Below, piece after piece: positions 14,501-27,780 of a stretch of 64,000 bases of DNA; positions within the stretch are counted from its first letter, which is position 1, and each line of letters begins with the position of its first letter. The position numbers and the translations under genes are program-made. This DNA comes from Hormiphora californensis (Eukaryota; Animalia; Ctenophora). The stretch is from positions 372,001 through 436,000 of the forward strand of contig CM035361.1 in assembly GCA_020137815.1 (NCBI GenBank). The letters run 5' to 3'. Below the pieces are notes generated by a model that worked only from the letters and a program-made list of their open reading frames with translations, made no database searches and was not told the origin of the DNA.

Positions 14501-17500
14501 ATTCTTCCCTACTAAGCCTGATTAGCAATTCACGATTCGGTGGGGATCACATGACCTGACTAACAGTCAGAAACATGACCACTGTGTGCCTTGTGGTTGT
14601 CCGTTTGGGCTTTTCTTGGTCGCATTTGAAAGAAAATTGAGAGCCAAAGACAATTGCTTGACTTCTGGACCGAAAAATAATGTTTTTTTGGAATCAATGA
14701 TAATGTTCATTCCGATAAAAAAAATGAATTTTGTGAAACCTATTTATTTGCCCCATAGAGTAACTGTGTAAAATTTTAGAGCTCTACGATATCTGGAACT
14801 ATGCTAGTCTAGGGGGGACATTTTTTATGCCCAACACGTTAGTACAATGTGATATTATACTAGATCCAAAAACCAAACACGTTTGGTGGATAGCCGGGGC
14901 CACAGAAATTAAAAAACGTGCGAAAGTTTTGATACATGAACTTTCGGGGCCTGGGGTGCTGTTAAATTCGCGTTTCCATGATTATAACCAGCAAAATTTT
15001 CAAATTATACGTCAGAAAAACTATCGCAATGATAAAATTATCATTATAACAGATCCACACATGTGTCACATATAATGTGGGTCGTTTCAGAGTCTGTTTT
15101 ACAGAATAATAGCGCGTTTTGAAAGAACGGCTGACTATCATGGAACGCGAATTTAACAGCACCCCAGGCCCCGAAAGTTCATGTATCAAAACTTTCGCAC
15201 GTTTTTTAATTTCTGTGGCCCCGGCTATCCACCAAACGTGTTTGGTTTTTGGATCTAGTATCAGGCATTTTGTTATACACTATGACATGCATTTTGTAAT
15301 ACTAGCTGAAACGCGGACTGGGGATTCACGGACTTTTTCAATCGTAGGTAGCCGCATAATAATCGTAGATATCCAATCAATTGCGAATGACTGTCTGGCG
15401 CCGCCGACCCCATCTGAGCGCACTGTCGAATTAAATAGGGGTATGGCGCCGCCATACAGCTGAATGACTAATATGATAACCACTAATCGCATATAACTGA
15501 TCACGTATCCGTTATAAGTTGTCGCGACTAGTTATCGTGACTAGCTATCCGCGATTGGTTACTATTATATTACTTATTCGCGATAAGTTATCGTAGTTAG
15601 TTATTCGCGATTACTATATTATTTATTTTGTTATCAGCGATTGATATCCACGATTTGTTCTCCGCGATTATTCTATGATTGTAATTGTTAGTCACTGATA
15701 ATGATCGCGGATAATCATTGATTATCAGATATATTTGATAAAATCAGGTTCTAGATGCTAATTCGCTCTTTTTTCGGATGTTTTTAAAATCGTCTTATAT
15801 TTAAGACAGTCATTACTCTAGATATGACTACCAATCAAAACTGAAAATGCAGCAGTAAGCCTAATTTTATAAAATAAGCCTGATTCAATGTTAATTTAGA
15901 CTCTGAATCGCTTCTTTCTAGGTGTTTTTAAAATCGTCTTAAATTTAAGACAGTCATAAATCTAGATATGACTACCAATTATATCTGAAAATACAGCAGT
16001 TGACCTACGTTGGCAAAATATATATGATAAAGTCATGATTTATAGTTTAATTTGCTCTTTTGTCGGTTTTTTTGAAAATCGTCTTAAATCTTAATACAGT
16101 CAGATGCCCATAACTTAAGAACCGTAACTTGGATTTGCTTGAAATTTTGAAATTGTGTTCAAGATGTCAAGGCAACACAACGTACCAAGCGGCGTATTCT
16201 TAAAACGACGGGAAGGCCGTCTTAGTCGCCAAAGAAAACTTAAGACAGTCATAACTTTTGTTATGACTGTCCGTTTTCTCTGTCCAAGCTTTAATACAAG
16301 GTACACCACTAGACCTACCGACTCCCAAAGTTTCATGGTGATAGCTTTGAAACTCTGGCCTCTATTTTGTACGCAAAAAGGTCGTACAATCAAGGTCGTT
16401 CGGGACCCTAAAAACGGACATTTTGTCTAAAATACGACCCTCTGTAACGTAAAAACCGTAACTCCGATTTGCATGAAATTTTGAACGTGTGCTCTAGGTG
16501 TCAAGGCAACACGAACTACCAAGCGGCATGTTCGTAGGACAACGGGAAGGCTGTCTAAAACAAAGTTGAAATTGCCGATTTCAGACAATAAGTATAGTAG
16601 CGCTGTCAAAATTTTCAAAAATTTTCAAAAAATTGCAAAAAAATTTTTTTCGTAATTTCGATTTTCCATTTACTGGAAGGAAGAATGCTTGAAAAATGGA
16701 CATTTTTTAGGGAAGGATGGCTTGGGGGAGGGAGGATTGGGCCCCGGGCGCTTGCCAGCGCTATGATCATGTGATATTATGTCAGCTATAATATGATATC
16801 TATACGACATTACTAATGATCAACCCTATGTCATAGCCTATGGCTTAATGCTTATGATCTTCCTCCGTAGTCACTACGGAGGAAGATCATAAGCCATAGT
16901 ACGGTAGTGTTGCAGTGTAGAGATTTAGATTCTGAAACATTCGTAGATTGAATAAAATAAAACTTAATAACTAATGTTAGTTCTCTTTTAGAGTGTAGCA
17001 GATAATCATACCGTGGAATGGCTGAGTCATTTGGTTCTCGCGATTAACATTGTTTTTGGTATCCTCACCTTAGCATGCACCCTTCCCTTCAGGTAATTAG
17101 GCTAGGTAGTTAATTAGGTAGTTAGCCCTTTAGGTAACTGGTATAAGCGGATTTGGTTCATAAAGTCCACCCAATAACATGATCAACAGCTGTACAACCA
17201 TGATGCACTCAGGCTGGTCTTCAAAAGTATCCTAGGCATACGCTGCAGTCCCCTCTCTAACGATGTTGATGGGACTGCACCGCATGCCAACAATTAACCC
17301 GGTTTCTCGTTTCACATGTGTAGGAGATTTACCAAGTACTCTCCTTGCCTTGCTCGACCCTCCCTCTAAAAACATGTGTTCTCCCCAGAACGTTCCGTGT
17401 CAGAGAGCAGACGGTGTTACAATCAAACTCCATATTCGTGCTTATCCTACTCTGTATCTGCTGGTACTGCATGTCAATAAGTGAGTAATATATCATTCTA

Positions 17501-20500
17501 GCTGATAAGAGTTAGATTTAGGTGTTCTGTCATGTAGCAATCCTCCAAACCCAATAACTGTCTTTCACATCGAACTGATTATATGCTAAGTATTTTCTCT
17601 AGTCTCCTCCTAGTTCCTATCCACGACCAGATGTCATATCTTCTTGACTAATTTCCTGTATCTACAGATTTCGTTGCACCTATGTATGAGGATATAGGAT
17701 GCCAGACAGTTGCCTTTATCGTTCACTACCTTCTAATCAGTCTCTTCTCATGGCACTTTTGCTGCATAATGGCCCTCAAGAGCAAGGTAAATTCTGTCTT
17801 GATGAGTTCAAGAGTGAGCTAGGTAGGCTATATTTCGTTACAGTGAGAAAACGGTATTCAAAAACTATAATGGAGCTGTTGAACTTGAATCCCAGTAGTC
17901 TGAGAAGATCTGTTACCCAGCTCCTGCTCCTCCTCATGGAAAACAATCCATTTTCCAATCAATTTCAACAAATTTTCCGATTAGATTGTGGATGCCGTTA
18001 AAACGTTTGGCAAGAAGGGAAGGTATACGGTGAAGCAGAGCCTAATATTCGCCTATGGCTTTCCCATCATCCCTCCATCTCTTACAATCCTAATCTCATC
18101 CGTCCTCCAACATACAGTGGTGAGATAATATCAAAATTAGCTATTAATTAGTAGTTATAGACCGAAACGGTAACTTATATTGTTTAGTAAAGATTAATTG
18201 ACTTAAAAGTTTATAAATGACAACTATTATATCATTATAATAATGACAACGGAACATCAACGTCAAGATGTACAAAACAGTAATTTACTCTCCCGCAGGG
18301 CCCTGATGTAAGTGATGAAACAAAGAACAGCATTCAGTATATTCGTTATGGAACCTGCTGGTATACCGAGGTGTGGATGTACTGTCTTATCCTCTTCCCA
18401 ATCTACCTTTACCTTCTTATCGCCATGGTAACTAACGGACATTCTTATTGTCATGCAAATTATATGAACTCTCGTCTGAACTTTAATCGTAGGAAAATAC
18501 AGCAAACTTACTTCTAGACGACATTCTTACAACTTTTGGACTTGATTTTGATAATGTCCTAAAATCATTAGCTAAGCTCAGCTCAATGATAATCATTTTC
18601 AGATAACATTTGTGAGGATAATGCGGGTCGTGGGAACCACACGAAGATCTACTGAGGGATCAGACAGGGTAAATCTATCATGGTACCTTTCACAATGTAT
18701 TCCATCCAAGTACAATTAACTTGAAAAAATACATAGTTCTAGTTTACAGGAAGTGATACAACAACATCCAAGTATGAAGTATACCTTCCATCTTGCGATG
18801 AACCTTATAACGAATTCTCTTGTTCTCGCAGAAAGTGATAAAAGCAGGTTTTGCACTGGCAATGACACAAGGACTACCCTGGATAATACACGCTGGAGTT
18901 CTACAGGACGAAGTGGCCGCCCAAATAATGCAATATCTGTTCCTTGTTACCTTCGGACTTCAGGTAAATTCTAACAGAGCTACATAGTAGATATAGCAGG
19001 TCTCACTGCTACAGGCTACTGGGTTTTGACGGCAACCAGGGGACTGTAGCGTTGTCCAAAACATTTAAACTAGTTAACTAATCTATTAACTATCTACCTA
19101 TAATTCCCAGTGTTTTATTAATCAATATTTCCCAGGGTATTGGTTTGTTTGTGTTCAACGTACTGTTCCAGGAGGAGGTACTGAAGAACATGTGCCGTAT
19201 TCTCAGCGTCAAACCTCCATCCATCTTCCTCAGTGTGGTAATTGTGGAAATAATTTTCCAGCCGCACGGCATGATCCGTGTCGCATCACAAAATGGTTCA
19301 AATTCTATCAAATTTCATAAACGTAGTCATGTTCAGCAGCCAACGTTTACGAGGAAAAATGTGTATCATATCAGGCACCAAAACGAAGCAACCATACTAG
19401 ATCACAACCAACCACCACTCAGGTACCGAAGCAGAGGCGAACACCTGCCACGGGACAAACTACCCTGGGACCCACCTTTACTAACTCTCGACCTGGTACC
19501 TCTGATAACACCACACACTCCAACAACAATCTGTAAGCTGCTGATTATAAACTATTTATTAGAGGCTCTAGATAATAGAGAGCTAAAATGTAGGAATAGG
19601 GTATTGTAACATGGTTCTCTAGAATGTTGATAGAAAATAGTGTCTTCGTTGGAATATTAAAGCTGGTAAAAGTCTGTAAGATCTGAATATGATGTTAGAC
19701 AAAACAACAAACTTTAGAGCTCACAATGACTCACATAATATTATGAACAATCCAAGGGTAACGTATTGCGGGGAAGAGTCTGAGTATGCAGCTTATGAGT
19801 CATCGGTTGTCGAAGAAATCAATTACAATAACAGGTTCCTATCAGCTGTATATCATAAACTAGCACCAAAAAACCAATCAATTAGTTGAATAATTGGCGA
19901 CTGAATATTAATAGAGCATTGGGTGTAGCTAGGAGCTGTCAAAGCTGCAGTTTTATCATAAAGGGGCTGCAGTAATTATTTGCAAGTAAATTGTTAACTT
20001 AAAAGCTGTGGTTGAATTCTGACAAAAACACTATAAGTTGTCAGTTCAGTGAAGTCTTCAAACGTTGTAAAATGTCATGATGCGTTCAACTAAAACTCTA
20101 CAAGATCCTAAAATTCTTTCATTGTCACAATCTCATGACAAAAAGAGCTGAATTTGGGCATTTTAATTCAAGCTCGCTGTTTTGGGGTTAAATTCGAACT
20201 GCTGACAATATAATATTGTAGGGGCCATTCCAACAAGCCCTAATATAGTGATTAGTAAATCACTACATGAAGACAACGGACAAAGCTGCAAACATAAAAC
20301 AAGTTGCTAGAAACGCACACACAGAAGATTATAGTACAAGTATTTAAGTCACGTGATCACATGTACCGTGTTTAGGTATGTGGATCAGGATCACCACACG
20401 TATTACAATGAACTACATGAGAGCAGGTAACTAGTGTAACAAACATGATTAACCAATCAGTTAACCAATCAATCAGCTAGTATTGCAAACAGTGATTTAG

Positions 20501-21610
20501 TAAGCAATCAGATAACTAATTTAAAGTCAAAGTGCATCCAATAAAATGAATCAAACTGCAAGCAAAGAAATGATTCCGAAAATTGTTTCTGATCAATGAT
20601 AATTCAAGATTTATTAACCAAATGTCATCAAAATTAGCATTTGTACGCTATGCTATCGAAACAAACTAACAAACTAATTTGCATGGTTAATTTTAATTGC
20701 ATGAGTTTGATTTTCAGTATCGTGACAGAGTTTTCCAAGAATCGTCTCTCACCAAATCCAAACAGACCAGGAAGTGTGGCTAGCAGCACTGCACCTGTAT
20801 TCGAGAACACCACCAGGTACACCGCCAGATCCCCACGTTTAGATTCTGAGCTACAGCTAAAGTTTAGCTGCTAAGCGATGATATAATAATGGACTGTTTA
20901 CCTATCTAGGAAGATTTCAACTTGAAGTGATTAGAAACTACTTTTGGTATTGAACAAAACCTCAATTTTCAGTGCCATGAAGGCGGTTATACCGTCCCAG
21001 GATGAGCCCCGGGTAGAGAAGATAATTGGCACAACAAGAATCTACCAGAAGGCAGCAACAGGAAGAGGCTCAGAACAGGTAATGAACGGGGGGGGGGGGA
21101 TATCTGTAAATCAGTCATGGCAAGAACTCAGGGTTCAGTGCTGGCTATAATATGCCATGAAATGTTCTGTTTTTCCCGATGCATGCTTCTTTGTCTAGGT
21201 TGTTAGAAGGCGTTCCGCATTCTAGTGGTAAAGACCCCATATCGGATCATGATTTCTAGGGAAACCTGTAAGGCTTTTCAATGCTACCTTGCACGAACTT
21301 CTAATGCCCTCTGGCCCAAAATTTGTCTAGCTATGAACCAAAAACACGACAAATTAACAATTATAATAGTGATCCAACACTGCAAAGACAGACCTGAACC
21401 AATTAGTGAGCTGTGCTCAAGACAATGACGCCGTTGACGGACAGTTCATAGTACCACTAGACTTGAGCCAGGAGCCTAATCAGGACGTACACTCAAACAA
21501 ACTATATAATAGTGACGAACCAAACCAAAAATATATTATTTCAGGGAACACCGATACCAGGTGAGACACTTGAGGAAGAGGACCACAAGGGTCCTCCAAG
21601 TTTCCTATGA
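8513..21610 (+). CDS. Adhesion GPCR (Cys-rich ephrin-receptor-like repeats, HormR, GAIN/GPS, secretin-type 7TM), multi-exon
   Basis: Signal exon 8513-8588 (MLAGKRFCVFFPLLVLCSITAG). Cys-rich exons 10764-10916 and 11424-11597 (CxxCxxG repeats). HormR-like exon at about 11897-12059 (TRLCNTEGDWEEPVTARC). GPS exon 13827-13955 (CKYYNTSSNTWKRDGC...CECDHM|TSFAIII). TM exons from 16992 (TM3 CQTVAFIVHYLLISLFSW; TM7 GLQGIGLFVFNVL). Last exon 21545-21610 ends PPSFL*. Confidence 0.9.
9430..9811 (-). mobile_element. Non-autonomous Helitron-like element with internal GATCA repeats, intronic
   Basis: The minus strand begins A|TCTTACTATATAATGCGAAAA. An inverted homologous copy starts at 29793. The 3' boundary is approximate. 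Confidence 0.6.
13433..13507. repeat. 8-bp tandem repeat (AACCAGGT)n
   Basis: About 8 copies in an intron. Confidence 0.9.
13983..14839. mobile_element. Long fold-back MITE, TA target
   Basis: TA|ACGTGTTGGGCATAAAAAATGTCCCCCC ... GGGGGGACATTTTTTATGCCCAACACGT|TA. The arms are complementary over most of the length. Confidence 0.85.
14860..15258. mobile_element. Fold-back MITE, TA target
   Basis: TA|CTAGATCCAAAAACCAAACACG ... CGTGTTTGGTTTTTGGATCTAG|TA. Confidence 0.85.
15300..16765. mobile_element. Unclassified interspersed repeat with internal subrepeats
   Basis: TCGCGAT-rich block at 15500-15720 and three degenerate copies of about 135 bp (AAATCGTCTTAAATTTAAGACAGTCA) at 15740-16130. The motif at 15393-15460 recurs at 35640-35710. 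Confidence 0.5.
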
Positions 21611-22230
21611 GATGCTGAGACAACAGATACAACTTGTAGAGTCTGAATTCAATGGATCAGGATTTGAGATGAATTATCTGAGGGCCGGACTGTTTAATAA
21701 TTTCTATCAAAACATACGATGAACAAGTCCATAACAGATAACTTATGATTATAATGCTTGCAATACTGGTCATGCAATGGAAAAGATATGATTTTTAAGT
21801 CTTGATCGACTTTTTTATTTGCAGAAGCTCTGTATAAAGCAGAAAAAACTCATTTGAAATGTTTATGCTCCAAAATAATTTATACAAACCTGTCTGGCAC
21901 CACCAGACCCCGTTTTGATTGCACGCATATATAGGGGAAGGGGCTCCGCTATCGGTTCGCCCAATGTATACAATTGTTTTCAATAGAAAAGTCGAGGCAT
22001 TTCATATCACGTGACTAAAAAAATTGGCCCCACCACTTTCAAAACTTCCCCTACATCATGCATGTTTCATTGCCAGACCTGCAGTTTTAATTGGGTCAGC
22101 GCCGCCAGATAGATACGAACAATAATATATGATATATCCTATATTTGATTTCCTCTGTTTCTAAGTTTTATCTATTGATCAAAATATTTGTTTTATTTTG
22201 GATTGCAATGTCTAATCCTCTGATACGTAA

Positions 22231-22644
22231 GGCGGGAGACACACTGAAGTTGGGCGCTCTCGTTCAAATCTCAACCTCGCGACACACACTGAAGTTCGAA
22301 GTTCGAAGTTTCGCGAAAACCCATTTTCGGCTGAGAAACCATTTGTAACTTATTTACTGGTCCATCTCTCGAGGTGTCCTTTATCCATATTGAGTCAATT
22401 TCACCGTTTTTGAAATTTTTGGCTAATCCGGTCACAGTTGTCCCAATTCACCAAAATTTTTAAAAACAGTGAAATCGACCCGGTATTAATAAAGGACACC
22501 TCGAGAGATGTACCAGTACATATGTTAGCATCTTACAAATGATTTCTCAGTCGAAAATGGGTTTTCGCGAAACTTCGAACTTCGAACTTCAGTGTGTGTC
22601 GCGAGGTTGAGATTTGAACGAGCAACTTCAGTGTGTCTCCCCCC
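22231..22644. mobile_element. PIF/Harbinger-like (Tourist-type) MITE, TAA TSD
   Basis: TAA|GGCGGGAGACACACTGAAG ... CTTCAGTGTGTCTCCCCCC|TAA. Related pieces at about 31455-31540 and 32290-32650. Confidence 0.8.
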
Positions 22645-23075
22645 TAACAAAAAGTGACAAGATGGTTAACGGTTATTGGTTATTGTATAGTATATATGAA
22701 GTATAGCGTCCAGCGATCCATATAAAGTTCGAATTCAATATCACCATTTTGTGGTGTGTTCGCTATGTCCGTTGTGATACTAATAGTTCATAGTTTACGT
22801 TTCAGTTTGTCCATATTGCGTTCTGGTTAAATCTCGCAATACCAAGCTATGATTGATACAGGATAATTTCCTAGTAGATAACAGCGCCATTGAGATCGAT
22901 TCTAATATTGTTCGAGGTGGGGTGGGGGTGTTTTTTGGTGACATAGACACCTGGCGCTGACCCCCAGTGGGGTACGTTTTGTTCGCTAGCAATTTAGTTC
23001 ACTGTACTCAAGTTTCAGTCTCCGCGTGTGGGGCCTCACTAGGAGATCCCCTCTGCTTCTGATCCTCTTACCCTT

Positions 23076-26000
23076 TCAACAACTAGTTGCCACACTTCTC
23101 AGGGTCTTTAGGGTACCGAATCTTATCATATTTATAGGCTTGGTAATTAGATACTTCAAGATAAGTGGTTCGTACAGAATCGGATTGATAACAGAGTTGA
23201 TAGGGAAGGATGATGATGGAGAAGTAAGGATACCATGGTGAGCAGGAAACGACCGAACCGGGTTTTTTTCCACCGAACCGAACCGAACCGAATTTGAAAA
23301 ACTTTTTTACCGAACCGAACCGAACCGAACCGAACCGAACCGAATTTCGGTAACCGAACCGAACCGAACCATACAAAACTTTTTCTGTATAAATGTTTCT
23401 CTAAAAAGTCATGGAGAGCACCGATCAAGGTATTGAGAATCATTCTCTGAAATTTTGTTAAAAAATGTTTGAAAAAATTTCAAAGTCAATTTTGTGAAAA
23501 AATTTTCAAAGTCAATTTTATCGTAAATTTTCTATGTCAATTTTTGCGTACGAATCGTGTTTCGAATCGGCAATGCTATACGGGAATGGTATTGCTAATT
23601 AGCAGGATTAAACGAACCATGAATCGTGTCTCTCTAAATTTCCTAATTAGATTTGATGGGGTATCACGTATCAGCACAATCCATCTCGGACCCACTAATT
23701 ACCAACATCACTCCCGTTTAGCATTGTCGATTAGAAACACGATTCGTATACCATAATTTACTTAAAATATTTTTCACAAAAAAAATTTCACAAAATTTCA
23801 GGTAATGATTCTCAATACCTTGATCGATGCTCTCCATGAATTTTTAGAGAAACATTTAATTTTGTGAAAAAACTTTGTAAAATATTTCAAAGTCAATTTC
23901 GGTAAAAAAATTTCTATGTCAATTTTGCCGTACGAATCGTGTTGCGAATCGGTGATGCTATGCGGCAGTGCTCTCGCTAATTAGCAGGATTTATTGAAAC
24001 ATGAATCGTTTCCCCTAAACTTCCTAATTAGATTTGATGGGGGATCACGTATCAGCATAATCCATCTCGGACCCACTAATTAGCAACATCACTCCCGCTT
24101 ATCAATACCGATTCGAAACACGATTCGTACGCAAAAATTGACATAGAAAATTTTCCATAAAATTGACTTTGGAATATTTTCCAAACTTTTTTACAAAATT
24201 TCAGAGAATGATTCTTAACACTTTGATCGGTGCTCTCCATGAATTTTTTGAAAAAAAAAGTTTCTGAATTTGTTGACCCTCTCATGAGGACACGATTCGA
24301 CGGGAAGTCAGGTATCAAATCAATCCATATCGAACCCGCTAACTAGCGAAATCATTTCCACATAGCACCACCGATTCGAAATAGGGTTAATACGGCGAAA
24401 TTTACATTGAAATCCATACAATTTTCGTGAAATAATTGAAAAATTTTGCATGAAAAAGCCCGATTTCTGGGCATTTTTTGACCATAAAATTCGGTGGTTC
24501 GGCCAAAATTTCCTACCGAACCGAACCGAACCGAACCCCCCAAAAAACACCGAATTTCCGAACCGAACCGAACCGAACCGAATATTCGGTCGCTTCCTGA
24601 TGGTGAGGCATCAATCACCTCACCCAAATGCAACATAGCCACAACACAGAGAGGCAGCCAACAGCACATATCCGTAACAATGATCGCTGTGATTTTAGCT
24701 TGTAGTTTCACGTGAGATCTAGATACGGCCTGGACGTTCCTGGATGATCGAGTTGTTCGAGCTGCGAGGATGAGGTAACAGGCTGAAACAACAACAAAAC
24801 ATGCCAGGTTGATAGCTATGATGGAGGTTGAATAAATCCATTGAGGGTCGTCCCTGGTTACCAGGTATTTGAAGATGCAGACCCCGTCGTTGCCGTAGAA
24901 ACCAATAGTCGCCTGCGATATTCCTGGAAAAAGGGTATATCAGTATGTGGCAATGTGGCATTATTCTATAATTATTTCAGCGAGCCAGCTGTCTTACTAC
25001 TTCGGGCAGTGTCAAGACAGCACAGATCATGTGTGTAATATTAACATACCTTTCTTTTCAGTATCTTTAGAAAACATACCTTTCTTTTCAGTATCTTTAG
25101 AAAACATGTCCATCGCTAAAGACCGGATATTTTTCCACGAAAAGCCAGCTTGTGTACTAAGTAGGGACCTCCCTTTAAAATACTTCCTGAATGCCGCAAA
25201 ATGGGTAGATTTATCTATTGGTCCTACAAACAGAGGCGATTGGTGGTAGTAAAGCCCATTCACAAAGTAGTCTTCGAATATCTCGAACAGGGGAATACTT
25301 GCAACGAGTAGACTGGAAACCACCGGTAGTAAAAGTATAACAGCTATCTTAGTTCCAGACTTGGCTGAGCACCGCTCACTCTGGACAAGGTTTTGAAGGT
25401 TTGTAACTCGGATGACACTGAGCGTGGTCATTGCAAAAAGGGACAGCTGGGTTCCCCCAGTACTGAGGACACCTAGAAGAGAACAGGTATCTGAACTCAA
25501 CCAGCTGTACTTCTCACGACAGTAGTCTCCGTTTTGGTAGAAGATGAAATCCTTGACGGATATGAAAATAAGGTACACACCCATTATCAGGTCACCCAGG
25601 CTCACCAACAGAATGCCAGCCTTGTTCGCAAATGTTTCGAATGTTTTATGTTTTGGCAAGGTCCACAAGCTATGACCCACCGTAAACAGATTTAGTCCTG
25701 TTGCGAGGAACCCTATGGTGAAGCTGGTGAACCTCAGATAGTTGTCAGCAAAGATGTTCTTGTTGAAGGAAGAACACTGCTCCTGGCACTCATCCGAGAA
25801 ATCTTCACACTCCACTTCTCCGTTGCAAACTGAGCTGAGGGGAAGGAAGGTTGCTGTAGTGGAGGTACACCTGAAGGAATTATTGCACGACTTCTCATCG
25901 GTACCATCCCCGCAGTCATCCCTCAGATTACACACCTCGCTGTAGAGAACACAGTTACCATTATCACAGGGGAACAACCTGTTCTCATAGGATCCGGGCA

Positions 26001-27169
26001 GGTTAGAAGTTCTTAGAACTGTCATCAGGGCAGCGGGGGTCGTGTCAGCAAGAGTGAAAACTCTCTTATCCGGATGGTTCAGGCAGGACTGTTCTAGAGG
26101 CATTGGTGAAAGGGGGCACTTGGTGTCCTGGCTGTTACAGCCCCCATTACATGTTAGGTAAACATAGCTCTCTCCATAGAAGTATGAACAGTCAGTACTG
26201 TCTACCGGGATATTAACCAATGCACTCGTGAGGTTCAAATCAAATACCGATGGATGGATATCTGTGGTGTGCTCGATTTTCCGACAAGTCCCAAGCTGAT
26301 GTTCCATGTCGATAATTGGCCGGGGGAAACAGTGGGATACCCAAAACTCGTCCTCTTGATTCCTAGCCACATCTACAATATCGTTGACTCCTTTGACAGC
26401 ATCACACAGCTCGTTCTCAAAATAACAAGTGTTCGTCCTATCACACAGCTCTTCCATTCGAATGTATCCTGGAGTAGTCTCCAGACATATCAGCACTTCC
26501 CTACAGACACTATCCCCTATCTGTTCGTCGTATCTTGTAAGTGGTCCACTCCCACATTTGAGCCAGTTCTCTTCTCTCTCATCGTCTCCGTTAAGACAGT
26601 CCACGACCCCATCCATTATCCAATCAAGAGGGAGGGGAAGTGTTCGCCTCAGAGTGTAATTGGAGTTGAACCGTCGCTCACAGGTAAACTCTGTTGTCAC
26701 CTCCCATAGTTCGTCAACCCCCGCCTCACAGTCCTCAACTCCATCTTTAATGATCCCTCGGTGAACATTGTTGCAAAGTTCCACAGTCAACTTCATACAC
26801 TCCCTCTCGAAGCCGTCATCACAAAGATATGTCTCATACTGGCAGACTCCCCAACGAGAGATGTTGGTGGGGTATCCGTTCAGCTCGCAGCCGACTATTG
26901 CCACTCGATCAGGGTCAGAGCAATTCGTCTGATCTCGATACATTGAATAACCATAACCACAAATTGCAACTGAAAATAGATGTTATCATTATACTACTAC
27001 TTGTTTCGTAGTGTTGTAAGCTGGTTCATAAATTAGATGACGTGAAGAGCTATGACCAATGGTCAGTTCAATTATTTTTTGCTCCTCCGCCCACAACGAA
27101 CTTACATTTGTTAACTGCAGGGAGAGGAAAACATCGCTGTGTTAGCTGAATCGTGGAGACAAATGATCT
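23076..27169 (-). pseudogene. LDLa-repeat rhodopsin-type GPCR (GRL101/RXFP-like TM region, no LRRs), disrupted
   Basis: 638-aa ORF with LDLa motifs (FPCDNGNCVLYSEVCNLRDDCGDGTDEKSC) leading into TM1-4. After an intron at about 24923-25049 come GFYGNDGVCIFKY and TM6 IIVTDMCCWLP. A hAT insertion lies between TM6 and TM7, and TM7 has a +1 frameshift (ILP/INSVINPILY). A small upstream exon lies at about 27106-27169. No start exon was found. Confidence 0.8.
23243..24599. mobile_element. Non-autonomous hAT DNA transposon, copy 1
   Basis: TIR CAGGAA(A/G)CGACCGAA, 8-bp TSD ATGGTGAG (23235-23242 and 24600-24607), subterminal (CCGAA)n arrays, internal duplicated blocks, no transposase. Confidence 0.92.
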
Positions 27170-27780
27170 ACCTCTTAAAGAAAAATATATTAGTAGCGAT
27201 GGTCATGTCGTTATTATACGAACCAACTATCACTTGATTTGCAATTACAACCATTTAATACCCGCAAATTGCAGAACGAGGGCTGGTTTACTGTGGGCTG
27301 ATTTCACGTAGAAAGTTGTTAATGCGACTAGCACAGCATACTATACAATCACTATAGGCAGGTCGATAGAACTTCGAGAGAATTTAGGGTAGGTCCTTAC
27401 ATGCACGACTTCGTGCACTTGGTCTCTTTAAATTAGTTTGGGTATTCATTACAATATATTATCTTACCTAATACACCGTTCGTTGCTGATAGTTGTATTG
27501 AACACATCACTTCTATTTATCTTTTCGATATCACAGCCAACCATATCTTCACCATTATCACACCATGCAGTTCCATCCTTTTTCGGATTACACACCTAAT
27601 GGGATATTCGATTACGGGAGGGACTTGCACGTGCAGATTGAATTTTTGGGCAACTAGAGCCCAACGTTGATTCTCAATAGTAACAGCAGCTGATACAAAG
27701 GGATTCATGTGTTGAAAAATATATTTTTTGCCCAATGCCCATTTTGAGACATTTAACCCCATAACCGGGCCATTTCTAAA

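Noticed and set aside
14827-15504. Mirror-image ORFs on both strands
   Set aside because: They are a by-product of palindromic MITEs and carry no transposase motifs.
21545-21722. Longer alternative reading of the last adhesion GPCR exon
   Set aside because: The preceding exon (20973-21078) is open only in the frame ending at phase 0, which gives the stop at 21610.
23250-23372. (CCGAA)n array as a possible CRISPR or telomeric repeat
   Set aside because: There are no unique spacers. The array is the subterminal repeat of a hAT element bounded by TIRs and TSDs.
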